Shown in pieces: positions 9,962 through 20,851 of a stretch of DNA of 64,000 nucleotides. The notes below the pieces were generated by a model. It was not told the origin of the DNA. It saw nothing but the letters and a program-made list of their open reading frames with translations, and did not search any database. The position numbers were made by a program, and so were the translations under genes. How positions within the stretch are numbered: position 1 is the first letter of the stretch; each line of letters begins with the position of its first letter. The stretch covers positions 1-64,000 of the forward strand of contig CAWKHF010000008.1 in NCBI GenBank assembly GCA_963849325.1, written 5' to 3'. The stretch is from an uncultured Planctomycetota bacterium. GTDB taxonomy: Bacteria > Planctomycetota > Planctomycetia > Gemmatales > Gemmataceae.

Positions 9962-11388
9962 GGTAGGTTTCGTGGCGCATAGAGGACGACTTCCAGTCCC
10001 TTGAAGCGCCGGCGGGCCAGGACCGTGCAGGGTGCGGCGCGGACGCGGGCCACCGTTGCGGCGGCGGTGAGCCGTTCGCCCGAGCCGGCGACGGCGCCGA
10101 CCATCCACAGCCGCCCCGCCCGCGCCGTCCGCTCGACTACTTCCGGCGGCGCATAGGCGCTGAGGTCCGGCGGCCGGCCGTGATAAACCTCGTAGACCTG
10201 CGGATGCGACACCCACACCGCGTCATCCGGCGCGCGGTGCTGCTCGACGTAGGCGAACGCCTCGCGGAACTGACATCGAGGTGTCACCACAACGAGGAGG
10301 CGTCCCGCCCACAGCACGGCAGGGACCAGCAGCGCGAGGGGCAGTACCCGACCCGGCCAGGCACGCAGCGCGGGCAGGCACCGGGCCAACTCGCCAATGC
10401 CCCGCGCCGCCAACAGCCACAGGCACGGCACCAGGAAGAACAGCAGACGACCGCCGAGCGGATAGCGGCGCAGCGCCGAGGCGATCAACGCCAGCAACAG
10501 CGGCCCGGCCAGCAGGACCAGCCGCGACGGGCGGCGGGCCAGCGATGCCGCGCCGACGAGCGCCAGCGCCAACAGCGGCAGACCCATCTCGCGCGTGCCG
10601 TAATTGCCGATCTCGATGAGGCAACGTCCCGTCCACGCCAGGGCGGCGCTCGGCGACGACAGGTCGAGAAACGACGACGCCCAGAAGGCACTCAGGGCGG
10701 GCGTCGCCTGATGGCGCGCGACCGTCTGCCACAACACGAACGCGGAGGCCAGGGACAGCCCGGTCGGCATCATCCCGAAGACGAGTCGGCGAGAGGAGCG
10801 GCGGCGCAGGGCGTCCAGCGGCAGGGCCAGGCTCGCGGCGCCGAGGACGAACACGGCCGGATACGACACCCACGGCGCCAGCACCGCCAACAGACACAGG
10901 GCGATCCGCGAGCAGGAGACCTCGGCACGCCTCAGACATCCAAGCGCGGCCAGCACAATCAACTCGGTCAGGAGGAAATCGAGCGTGTACGGCTTGACCT
11001 CGCCGGCATGGGCCGCGGCGTGATGGCCGAGGGCGCAAAAGGCGACGGTCCACAGTCCGCCGCGCCGGCCGGCCAGGCGCCGGGCCAGCGGCACCATCAC
11101 GAACAGGCCGGTCACGCTCGCCGCCAGTGCCGGCAGACGCATCCACCCTTCGCCGCCGCCCGCCAGCCGATACAGGCCGCGCAACGCCCACAAGAACAAC
11201 GGCGGAGCGGCCTGGTCCTCGCGCAAGGGTCCGAGCAGTTCGGCAAACGAGTAGTGGAAGACGTTCACGAGCAGATAGGCTTCGTCGTACCAGTACGACG
11301 GACAGGCGGCGTACTGGCGGACGCGCAGCACGACCCCGAGGGCCAGCAAGGAAAGCAGTATCGTTCGATGTCGGCGAGGACGACCCAC
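9925..11388 (-). CDS. Multi-pass membrane glycosyltransferase (GT39/PMT-like, GT-C)
   Basis: SYWYDEAY loop motif, PPLF, GEVKPYTLD; many TM segments. Confidence 0.8.
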   Translation of the reverse strand: MGRPRRHRTILLSLLALGVVLRVRQYAACPSYWYDEAYLLVNVFHYSFAELLGPLREDQAAPPLFLWALRGLYRLAGGGEGWMRLPALAASVTGLFVMVPLARRLAGRRGGLWTVAFCALGHHAAAHAGEVKPYTLDFLLTELIVLAALGCLRRAEVSCSRIALCLLAVLAPWVSYPAVFVLGAASLALPLDALRRRSSRRLVFGMMPTGLSLASAFVLWQTVARHQATPALSAFWASSFLDLSSPSAALAWTGRCLIEIGNYGTREMGLPLLALALVGAASLARRPSRLVLLAGPLLLALIASALRRYPLGGRLLFFLVPCLWLLAARGIGELARCLPALRAWPGRVLPLALLVPAVLWAGRLLVVVTPRCQFREAFAYVEQHRAPDDAVWVSHPQVYEVYHGRPPDLSAYAPPEVVERTARAGRLWMVGAVAGSGERLTAAATVARVRAAPCTVLARRRFKGLEVVLYAPRNLPSPQRQRGTFPR

Positions 11389-11555
11389 GCGGCCCTCCAG
11401 GGTTTTCCGAGGGCAACTTTACCAGCGCGGCCGGCCTCGGGTAAATCGCAAGCCGATGTCTCGTTGTCGTTGTCGCGGCCGCGGCCGGATCGTAGAAGAA
11501 TCCCTGGAGCCAGCGACCGCCGGGCCGCCCGCGCTCCACGAGGAGAATGTGCCGC

Positions 11556-12143
11556 ATGACGACCTTCGATCCGACCACCTACGCCCCCAGCATCGCCAAG
11601 CTGCTGCCTGAGTCGTGCTTGGCCCCGCTCGACGCCGGCCAGCCCAACTCGGCCGTCCGCGCCCAGCTCGAAGCCTTGAGCAAGGACGAGGCCTTCGCGC
11701 CGCCCCGGCTGCGCGACCGAGGCATGGCCGACGCCTGCCGAGCCGGCCTGTGGTTGTATCACAACTTCCTCGACGAATCGCACGCCATCAGCCAGGAGCT
11801 GCACACGCCGACCGGCAGCTACTGGCACGCGCTGATGCACCGCCGCGAGCCGGACTTCGACAACGCCAAGTACTGGTTCCGCCGCGTCGGCGTCCATCCC
11901 GTCTACGAATCGCTGTGCTCCGACGCCGCCGAACTGTCCACCGCAGCGCCGTCGGCCGCCGCCTTTCTCCGCAGTCAGACTGCCTGGGAGCCGTTCGCCT
12001 TCGTCGATCTGTGCGCCGCCTCCCTGGCTGGTCGGGCGCCGTGCGCGGAGTTGTGCCAGCAGATTCAGAAACGCGAGTGGGAACTGCTCTTCGACTGGTG
12101 CTATCGCCAGGCGGTAGGAAGCACAAGCTCGATCCGAGCCTGA
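11556..12143 (+). CDS. Conserved hypothetical protein
   Basis: GLWLYHNFLDESHAISQ..GSYWHALMHRREPDFDNAKYWFRRVG; GGAG RBS. Confidence 0.8.
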   Translation: MTTFDPTTYAPSIAKLLPESCLAPLDAGQPNSAVRAQLEALSKDEAFAPPRLRDRGMADACRAGLWLYHNFLDESHAISQELHTPTGSYWHALMHRREPDFDNAKYWFRRVGVHPVYESLCSDAAELSTAAPSAAAFLRSQTAWEPFAFVDLCAASLAGRAPCAELCQQIQKREWELLFDWCYRQAVGSTSSIRA

Positions 12144-12186
12144 AGCGTAAGCGAAGAGTGCTCTTCGCTGACGCTTCAGGCTCGGA
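12133..12186. repeat. REP palindrome family A (CCGAGCCTGAAGCGTAAGCGAAG)
   Basis: 26-bp arms with one mismatch; provides the TGA stop of the upstream gene. Confidence 0.9.
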
Positions 12187-12211
12187 CGAAATCGTTATTC
12201 CGCCAGCCTTC

Positions 12212-13523
12212 TTAAAAGAACCAGTAGGCCACGGCGGCGGTGACGACGAAGAGGGCGAAGAAGAATAACCACTTCAGGACTTCCATGCTCGCCGAAGGTG
12301 GGATGTCGTCGAGGCTGATGTGCGGTTTGCGGGTCGCGGTCGCGGCGGCGTTCGCCGCCACCGGCGCGGCCAACTCCGGCTTGGGCCGCGGATAGTTCGG
12401 CGCCGCCTCGCCTGTCGAGGTGGACGGCCGCGGCGAGGGCGACTGCGGCGGCGTCAACGGCGCCGCCTCGATCACCATGTCGCGGAACTCCGGGTAGCCA
12501 CGCAGCGGCTCGAACGGCCCCGCCTTGGTCCGCGCCGCCCGCACGTTCACGGCGTCGCCGAGCAGGCCGTCCTTGAGCGAGCGCCGCACCGCCGACACCG
12601 TGCCCTTGACCGTGTGCGCCATGCCGGTCTCGTCCTTGTACACCAGATACCACAGGTCCTGCTGGGCAACGCTGCTGTCCACCGTCGGCAGGCGCCGTGT
12701 GCTGTGGCCGGTCAGGTCCTCGATGAACTCGCGGCACGTCGTCGGCCGTTTCTCCGGGTCGGCGCTCATGGCCCGGCGAATGGCCCAATCGACGCGCTCC
12801 GACAGCTCCGGCACCAGCTGACGCGGCGGTGTCAGGTCATTTTGAATCTTCTTCATCCAGGCGTCGAGCGGGCCGTTGGAGCGGAAGGGCAGCTCGCCCG
12901 TGATCATCTGATACAGGGTGGCGCCCAGGCTGTAAATGTCGCAGCGAACGTCGGCGTTCTTGGCGTTGCGGAACTGCTCGGGAGCCATGAAGTGCGGCGT
13001 GCCCAGGCCGCGGCCGGTCTTGGTCAGGTTCAGGTCCGTCTCGGTCTCCTTGACCAGGCCGAGGTCGGCCAGCTTGGCGATGCCGTCGGTCGTCACCAAC
13101 ACGTTGTCGGGCTTGACGTCGCGGTGGACCAGGTTTTGCTTGTGCGCCCGGTGCAGCCCCTGGGCCACCTGGGCAATGATGACGAATGGCCTCCGACTCG
13201 GACATCCGGCCCTCGCGCTCGATGCGCTGGCCCAGCGATTCGCCCTCGACGAACTCCATGACCAGGTAGGGCATGTTGCCGTTGTCGCTGTAGTCGAGGG
13301 CGCGGACGATGTTGGGATGGTCGAGCCGGCTGGCCGCCCGGAACTCCTGCTCGAAACGCTTGAGCAGGACAGGGTTCTGCGCCATGTGCGGCGGCATGAT
13401 CTTGATGGCGACGACCTGGCCGCTGTCGCGGTGTCGGCCTCGATAGATGGCACCCATGCCGCCCTCGGCGATCTTCTCCAGAAGATCGTAACTGCCGACG
13501 GACTTGATGGTGTCCAGCCCCAT
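12212..13523 (-). CDS. Hanks-type Ser/Thr protein kinase with C-terminal TM anchor (frameshift ~13185)
   Basis: IAEGGMGAIY, VAIK, HRDVKPDN, DLG, GTPHFMAPE, DIYSLG. Confidence 0.92.
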
Positions 13524-13845
13524 TCTCGAGGTCCTCAACGGCCGTCCGCTTCCCCAGCTTGTCGCACGGGACCGCCGAGGTAATTCTATCTTGCTACCGG
13601 AATCGACGCATGGCAAATTTTGGGAAAACAGCGGACGGGCCGATCGCGTCGATTGTGCCGGTCCTGCCGATCTCAACGGCGCTGTCGAACGATCTCTCGG
13701 TTCGGGGCATCTGGATAAAGCGGACGACTTCTGCCTGACATGCCGAAGCGAAGGGCAAAGCGGCTAAATTCCTCTGGCATCCGTCGATTCGATCCGCCAG
13801 AATTTACTTGTCCCTTCGTTCCGCGCGCATCCAGGGAACCGCACC

Positions 13846-15110
13846 ATGTCGTTATTCGGGAAACTCCTGGCCATCTTGAACGTCTTCGCCGTTCTGGGGG
13901 CCGTGGCCGTGATCGCCCAGGATTACGCCAAGCGCCGCGCCTGGGAGTACGCCGTCTTCCGTCAAGACCTGATGATCGACGGTCTGCCGCTGGACGAGGA
14001 AGAGCGCGACGGACAGGGCCAACCGCTGGTGGACAACATCGGGCCGCAGACCGAGAAGGAGCTGTTCGGCGGCATTTCTCCCGTGCAAACGCAGCGGGCC
14101 GAGGTCGAGCGCGTGCGGAACGAGCTGGGCGGCAAGCTCCAGAGCGCCGGCGACAAGAAGAAGCAGATGGTCCTCTACGCCCGCGTCCTGATGCCGCTGG
14201 CCGCTGACCAGCGAGCAGCGGCAGCGAATGCTCGCCTATCAGGCTTTCTTGCGCGACGAGCCGACGTTTGCCGCGCTCAAGAAGCGGCTCCAGCAGGCGG
14301 ACGAGGCGGCGGCGAATCGGCCCGAAGGACAAGTCCTACGACGAGGCTTTCCATAACGCCCTTGCCCTGCAATACACCGATCCGCCCGGCCCGCTGGCCG
14401 AGGCGTACCTGGCCGCCAAGAACGCCGATCCGCAGGCGACGTTCGACAAGGCGCTGGATCAATCGCTCGACGCTCAGTTGGCGCAACTGCAAGCTCAACT
14501 CGACCAGGCTTTTCAGGACGCCCTGGATCGGCGGCAGTCGCCGGAGAAGATCGGCGGGCCGCCGTCGCAGCGCAAACGGGCCATCGCTCGCCTGCTGTTC
14601 AACTTGGTCGATGCCTTGCCGAGCGAGTCGCCCGGCGGCGCGGCACCGAAGCTCGACCTGATGGAGAACCCCGGTTACAAGCGGTTCATCCTCGTGGTGG
14701 GCGTGCGCGAGGCCGTCCACGCCGTCAACGATGCGGCCGGCGTGCTGGACGAGGTCGCCGACGAGACGCAGGTGGAACGCAAGCGTCTGCGCGGCATCTT
14801 CGCCGGGGAACACGGTAAGGTCGTCCAGGTCATCCAGGACAAGACGGTCGCGGTCGAAATGCACGACCTTCTGTTGAAACTCAAGCAAAAGGAGCTGGGC
14901 GAGCACGAAGAGGCGCTCAAAAAGCGCCGCCTCGACGTGGACAATTATCAGAAGCAGCTGGAGGCGGCGCGGCAGGAGACCGCCGGCCACTTGAAGGAGC
15001 TGCGCCTCATGAGCGAGAACCTGTTCCGCGAGCGCGTCAAGCTCCGCGACGCGACCCTCGACAATCAGAAGCTCGAAAAAACGATCCGCCGCCTGGAAGA
15101 AGGGCTTTAG
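13846..15110 (+). CDS. Membrane-anchored coiled-coil hypothetical protein (frameshifted)
   Basis: MSLFGKLLAILN TM start; helical/coiled-coil body continues in ORF 14268..15110. Confidence 0.7.
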
Positions 15111-15115
15111 ACATT

Positions 15116-15178
15116 GTTTAGCCGCGACGCGCAGCGGAGCGCGTCAGTCCCGCGCTCCGCTGCGCGTCGCGGCTAAAC
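15116..15178. repeat. REP-type palindrome
   Basis: GTTTAGCCGCGACGCGCAGCGGAGCGCG and perfect reverse complement around a 7-nt loop. Confidence 0.88.
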
Positions 15179-15194
15179 TTGGAAGGGTCTTACC

Positions 15195-15954
15195 ATGACG
15201 CGGTTGGGCAAGGTGCTGGTGTTTTTCAATCTGGCCTTCGGCCTGCTGTTGGCGGGCTGGGCCTTCAACCTGTATGCTAACGGCATCGACTGGTCCGACC
15301 GCAAGGCGGGTCCGGTCCCCGTCGGCGAGTACGCGCGTCGCGAGGCCCAGCTGGCGGAGCTGTGGGAGGGCGTACCCAAGGCCCAGGCCAACTGGCTGGC
15401 CCGGCGCCGCCAACTGCTGGACGACGAATCGCGCCTCGTGGCCGACCGCGTCTGGTACGATAAGGAGATGCAGCATCTGTTCAAGGACGCCAACAAGGAT
15501 AAACCTGTCGAAGAGATTCTTATCGCCGACAAGGATGACGACAAGACCGGCGTTCGTAAAGGGCAAATCCTCCTGGACGACAAGGGGCTGCCGAAGAGGA
15601 AGCCGCTCGTGGACCGGGCGAACAAACCTCTGCAAGCGTTGGCCGAGTACAATAAACAGGACGACGACCTGCTCAAATCGCTCCGCGAAGTCCTGGAGAA
15701 TCACGAGAAGCAGATCGTCGAGGCCAACGCAGCTCACCGATCGGATCATCGGGGACAAGGACAAGGGCATCCGGGGCTTGCAGCAGCGCATCCGCGACGA
15801 GCAGGCCAAGGACGCCGATGTGCGGGCCGAGCAGAAGCTGGTTCGGCCGCAGCTCATCAACACCGTGGTCGAGGCGGAGCTGATTCTCAAACGCAAGAAT
15901 CAGATGGAAAAACGGATCGAGGAATTGAAGAAGATAAACATCGCCAGCAAGTGA
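15195..15954 (+). CDS. Membrane-anchored coiled-coil hypothetical protein (frameshift ~15730)
   Basis: MTRLGKVLVFFN TM start; ends ...QMEKRIEELKKINIASK. Confidence 0.7.
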
Positions 15955-16020
15955 GGCGAGCGGGGGGCGTAAGCCCCCTGTTGGGAAGAAGCAACAGGGG
16001 GCTTACGCCCCCCGCTCGCC
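15955..16020. repeat. REP-type palindrome
   Basis: GGCGAGCGGGGGGCGTAAGCCCCCTGTTG / CAACAGGGGGCTTACGCCCCCCGCTCGCC. Confidence 0.88.
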
Positions 16021-16032
16021 CCAGAAGTGATG

Positions 16033-16061
16033 TTGACACGGATCGAGGGTGAGGGCATAGT
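16033..16061 (+). promoter_or_regulatory. Near-consensus sigma70 promoter upstream of the 16183 gene
   Basis: TTGACA-17 nt-CATAGT. Confidence 0.7.
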
Positions 16062-16182
16062 GCCGCCCCCACTCGCTTCGGGGGAACACACGCGAGTCGG
16101 GGTCACCGCACAGGTACACGGGGAGTTGTGGGCCTGCGGTGTTGGCCGTTGGCGCTGGGCCGCGCCATAAGGGGGATGGATC

Positions 16183-17053
16183 ATGACCGCCGTCGGGAAA
16201 ATTCTCGTCTTCCTCAATCTGGTTTTCAGCCTGGTCGTCGGGGCCTTCGTCATCATGATTTACCTGGCCCGCACGCACTGGGTCGAGGAGTACAACAAGC
16301 TCGGCGCCCAGAACAAGGTGCTGGCGGCCAGCGAGCAGACCTACAAGAGCGAGGCCGACAAGGCCCAGCAGGACGCCGCCGCCAAGATCAAGAAGGTCCA
16401 GGCCGACATCACGAACGTCCAGAAGGACCTGCAAGCCGCGCTGGCCGAGAACAAGCAGCTCAGCAAAGACCTGGAAGAAGAGAAGAAGAAGAGCACTCAG
16501 CAGAACGCGCTGGCCTCGTCGGCCGTGGTCGAGACGCAGAAGCGGCAGGCGGACGTGGCCCTGCTGCGCGAATCGCTCAAGAAGGAAACCGACCTCAACA
16601 CGACGCTGGTGAAGAAGAACAACGAATTGCAGGACCAGGCGACGGCGGCCGTCATCGAGCGCAAGTCGGTGCAGGACCAGAACAGCCGCCTGGAGGCGCA
16701 GTTGCAGCAGATGGCGCGGGACATGGCGCGCATGCAGGTCCAACGTCGGCGGCACGGCGACGGCCCGCGCCGGCGGCAAGAACCCGCCGCCCGAGAGCGT
16801 CGAAGGACTGGTCAAGGCCACCGATCCCAGCGGCCTGATGACCATCACCATCGGCAGCGACGCTGGGCTGACCAAGGGTCATACGCTGGAGTTGTTCCGT
16901 CTCAATCCGGCGTCGCCGACGCAGTCGAGATACCTGGGCACGGTGCGCATTCTGGAGGCGACGGCGACGCAAGCGGTGGCGCAGCCGGTCGGTCGTCTGG
17001 CCGCTCCGCCGCAGACGGGCGACCGGGTCGCCAGCCGTATTTTGGGCAGTTGA
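16183..17053 (+). CDS. Membrane-anchored coiled-coil protein with C-terminal beta domain (FlgT-C-like); frameshift ~16740
   Basis: MTAVGKILVFLN TM; long coiled coil; C-terminus VEGLV...ITIGSDAGLTKGHTLELFR...YLGTVRIL...GDRVASRI. Confidence 0.75.
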
Positions 17054-17095
17054 TTCCGCCGTTGGCGGTTCCGCATTCACGGGAGACAGAGAACC

Positions 17096-17392
17096 ATGCC
17101 GGCTGCTCGATCGCGCGCGGATCGCGCTGCTCCGAAGACGGCGGGGGCGCGCTCGGACGCTTACGTTGGCCTGCTCGCCGTTTCGCTGCTGGCCCTGATC
17201 GCGGCCATGCTGTTCGCGTTCCTCAACTGGAACTCGTATCCGGAAGGGAAGCCGAAACCGATCCAGATTGCTCCGCGCGCCGCGGCCCCTCCACCCACCG
17301 CGGCCCCGGTGATGAATCCGCAACCCGCTCCCGCTCAACCGCAGCCCGTCGCTCCCGCGCCCGGCGGACAACCGCAACCGAAGAAGCAATAA
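17096..17392 (+). CDS. Small single-TM protein with Pro/Gln-rich tail
   Basis: SDAYVGLLAVSLLALIAAMLFAFLNWNSY TM segment. Confidence 0.7.
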   Translation: MPAARSRADRAAPKTAGARSDAYVGLLAVSLLALIAAMLFAFLNWNSYPEGKPKPIQIAPRAAAPPPTAAPVMNPQPAPAQPQPVAPAPGGQPQPKKQ

Positions 17393-17407
17393 GAGTGGAC
17401 AAAACCC

Positions 17408-17463
17408 GTCCGAGCCTGAAGCGTAAGCGAAGAGCACTCTTCGCTTACGCTTCAGGCTCGGAC
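17408..17463. repeat. REP palindrome family A
   Basis: GTCCGAGCCTGAAGCGTAAGCGAAGAG-ca-CTCTTCGCTTACGCTTCAGGCTCGGAC, perfect. Confidence 0.9.
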
Positions 17464-17503
17464 CAAAACGCTTTGTCCGCTGCTCACATCCAGAGGTGAC
17501 AGC

Positions 17504-18573
17504 ATGGCGGCCCGGGTCGTCCTGGCCATGAGCGGCGGCGTCGATAGTTCCGTGGCGGCGTACCTGCTGCGCCGGCAGGGCTACGACGTCATCGGCCTGT
17601 TCATGCGCACCGGCGCCCACGGCGACGACGACGGCCGCGCCGACCACAAGAAGGGCTGTTGCAGCGCCGTCGATGCCGGCGACGCTCGCCGCGTCGCCGA
17701 CCGCCTCGACATCCCCTTTTACGCCCTCGATTTCGAGAGCGATTTCAACCGCATCATCGATTACTTCGCCGACGAATATCTCGCCGGCCGCACGCCCAAT
17801 CCGTGCGTGGTGTGCAACAACTGGCTGAAGTTCGGCCAGCTGTGGAGCTATGGCCGCCAGCTCGAAGCCGACTTCATCGCCACCGGCCATTACGCTCGCA
17901 CCGTCCGCACCGAGGCCGGCGTCGAACTGCACCGCGCCGCCGACGCGAACAAGGACCAGTCCTACGTGCTGTACGGTCTGCGCCGCGAGGTGCTGCCGCA
18001 CTTGCTGTTTCCGATCGGCGGTTATCGCAAGGACGAGGTGCGCGCTCTGCGCGCGAGGCGGGCCTGGGCGTGGCCGACAAGCCGGACAGCGTCGAGATCT
18101 GTTTCGTGCCCGACGGCGATCACGCCGAGTTGATCCGTCGCCGTCGGCCGCAGCACGCCACGGCTGGACACATCGTCGATACGTCCGGCAACGTGCTGGC
18201 CGAGCACGACGGCATCGAGCGCTTCACGGTCGGTCAGCGCAAGGGGCTGGGCTTCGCGGCCGGACAGCGGCGGTATGTGTTGCGCATCGTGCCGGGCGAG
18301 AACGATGTGGTGGTCGGCGAGCGCGAGGAACTCTTGGCGTCGGGGTTGGAGGCGTCGCAGGTCAACTGGCTGCTGGAGGCGCCGCCGCAAGGGCCGCTGG
18401 CGTGTCAGGCGAAGATTCGCTATCGGCACACGCCGGCGGCGGCGCGAGTGACGGCGCTGTCCGGCAAGAGGGCGAAAGTGGAGTTTGATACTCCGCAAAG
18501 TGCGGTGACGCCAGGGCAGGCGGTGGTGTTCTACGAGGGTTCGCGGGTGCTGGGCGGCGGTTGGATCTGTTAG
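17504..18573 (+). CDS. mnmA: tRNA 2-thiouridine(34) synthase MnmA (frameshift ~18050)
   Basis: AMSGGVDSS, GRTPNPCVVCN, ATGHY, KDQSY, KPDSVEICF, TVGQRKGLG, TPGQAVVFY...LGGG. Confidence 0.95.
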
Positions 18574-18635
18574 CCGCTTGCGGCTTACGCGTCGCGCCGG
18601 AGAGGGGCATTCCATGGCCATGCCAGGAAACGACA

Positions 18636-19007
18636 ATGCCAAAGGACAATATGGGAGCGTCCCTTTCGTTTCAGTTCGTCGATGAGAAACTGAATCAGCG
18701 CCTTGCCGCCCTCTTCGACAAGCACAAGATCGCTTACAGCGTTGACGAGAAGGGCGCCCTCCACTATGCGCCCGAAGACGAAGAGTTCATTGAGAACAAT
18801 GTCATCGCTTCGATACGAGATCAGATATTTCCCATCTGGCAAGTGTTATCCTGTCCGCGTGACTGGAGCGAGCGCTACCGGGACTACATGACCCGTCAGA
18901 ATGTCCCTTTCATCGAGGAACGGATCGACGGACAATTGTGTTTTCTGCTTCCGCGAAGGTATCGCCCGCATTCCTGGAAGTTGGCAGCTGCGGGGGCGAC
19001 GCGGTAA
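18636..19007 (+). CDS. Hypothetical protein
   Basis: Lower-GC ORF with globular composition. Confidence 0.6.
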   Translation: MPKDNMGASLSFQFVDEKLNQRLAALFDKHKIAYSVDEKGALHYAPEDEEFIENNVIASIRDQIFPIWQVLSCPRDWSERYRDYMTRQNVPFIEERIDGQLCFLLPRRYRPHSWKLAAAGATR

Positions 19008-19076
19008 CAGCTAGTCCGGAGCGCGGCGACGGATTCTATCAACCCATCGCCGGCGCTCCGGGCTTGTCGGGTTCTC

Positions 19077-20318
19077 TCACTTGCCCAGGATGCGACTGGC
19101 GACCCGGTCCCCCGCCTTCGGCGGCGCGGCCAGGCGGCCGACCGGCTGGCCGACCGCCTCCGTCGCCTTCACGTCGAGGATACGAAGGGTGCCGAGATAT
19201 TTCGATTGCGAGGGGTTCTCCGCATGAAGGCGGAACAATTCCAGCGTGTGCCCCTTGGCCAGTCCCGCATCACTGCCGATGTTGATGGTCACCAATCCGC
19301 TGGCATCCACAGATTTGACCATTCCTTCCACGCTCTCCGCCGGCGGATTCTTCCCGCCGATAGTCTGGCGGCCAGGCTCGTTCCCCGGTTTCTGTCGCAG
19401 GAACTCTTGCACCGTGAGCGCTCCGGGGGCGCATTCTTCGATGCGATCGCCAGGATGCCGTATTCCCGGACAACGAACGTGCATCCGGTTTCATCCGCCA
19501 GCGCTTGCAAGATCGCCGACACGGGCAAGGCTTGGTCAAACAGGAGGTTCATCTTCTCTTTCGAGGGGCCGCCGCTTCTCTCAAATAGATTGCGGAACGA
19601 AAGTCCTTCCACTTTCTTCGCCAGATCCTTCAGAATGGCGTCGAAGGTCATGTCTTTGTAATCCACCTTGATCGGCACTTGCAGTGCCTTGCGGATCTTG
19701 TCGGCCAGCGGCCCCGCTTCCAGCCGGCCATGAACTATCATTTGGGCCGAACTAAGATCCACTTTGGAATACTCGACGATCTTCAATTCTCCAGCTAGGT
19801 ATTTTCGGACTCGGATAACATCGCCTTCGGCAGCATGGGCCACCTTGCCGAGCAGGCCCGGTATTTGCGCTTCCAGTTCGGCCAGCTTCGCCTTGGCGAT
19901 GGCGAGCCTTTGCTGCGCCTCGTCCAATATCTCCGAGCTAATCGACCTTTCCTTCTCCAATTGCTTAAATCGCTCGTATTGTTTTTGCCGGTAAGTCACC
20001 TCGGCCGTCTGCGACTGCAAAGCATGATGCAGGTCGGTGATCTTTTGCATCACTTGCAGACGAGTGCGACTCAACTCGGCCTCGGCCGTGGCTAAGTGGG
20101 CGGAAGCAACGCGGATGTCGGGATTGTTTTTCGAGCGCCTCGGCCAACATCTCTTCCAGCTTCGATTTAACCGGCGGCGGCTCCTTCTTGGAAGGCAGGC
20201 CTGGAAGCCGCGGCTGAGGCGAGCCTGGCGGCTGACCAGGTTGCGGTTGCCCCAGGCCCAGACTCCCAACACCCAGAACCAGTGCCAGTGCCAGCGATTC
20301 AACCACCAGTCTCCGCAT
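19077..20318 (-). CDS. Secreted coiled-coil protein with C-terminal domain paralogous to the 16183 gene (two frameshifts)
   Basis: Signal MRRLVVESLALALVLG; NNPDIRVA..AEAELSRTRL coiled coil; IRKAL..PIKVDY; C-terminal IGSDAGLAKGHTLELFR. Confidence 0.7.
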
Positions 20319-20848
20319 GTTTGTTCTCCTTCTGTCGGGCGTCCTTGATCGCCATGAGCAGCCAGTTATCATCTGCCGAGATGGCCCGGTCCTGTTCCGA
20401 CCCGTTATCGAGAGCGTTCGTGTAACAGCGCAGCGCCGAAAGCGGATCGTTTTCCTCAGTCAAGTAGCGATCGCCGGCCCGGCGATACAGTTCGCCACGT
20501 TGATCACTGCTGTCAAACGCGCGCCATTCCTGAGCGAGCGCCGGTGCCTCCGCTGGGGGCGTCGGCGGGCTAACGGGAGGTTGCGGTTCGTCCTTGTTGG
20601 CGCTGTGGGCTTGCACGTCGAGGGTTGGGGCCGGCCGCATGGCGACGTGCATGACCAGCAGGCCGGCGGCGAACGACGCGGCCAGGCCGGCGCTGTAAGC
20701 GAGCTGCCGCAGGAAACGACGACGACGGAGCACACGTCGCGTCCGGGCGTACACCCGTTGTCGCAGTACGTCGGCGTCTGGCGGCGGCGACGGCGGGGCG
20801 AGCAGGCGGTCGAGCGGGTCCGGCTCACGCGAGAAGATGTCGTACACG
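20299..20848 (-). CDS. Putative single-TM anti-sigma factor
   Basis: Immediately downstream of the ECF sigma; RRRR followed by TM (AGLAASFAAGLLV); start approximate. Confidence 0.6.
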
Positions 20849-20851
20849 AGG

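Noticed and set aside
17504-18573. Programmed frameshift or pseudogene status for mnmA and other split genes
   Set aside because: Single-base indels are scattered through many unrelated genes without slippery-site patterns, so sequencing error is the simpler explanation
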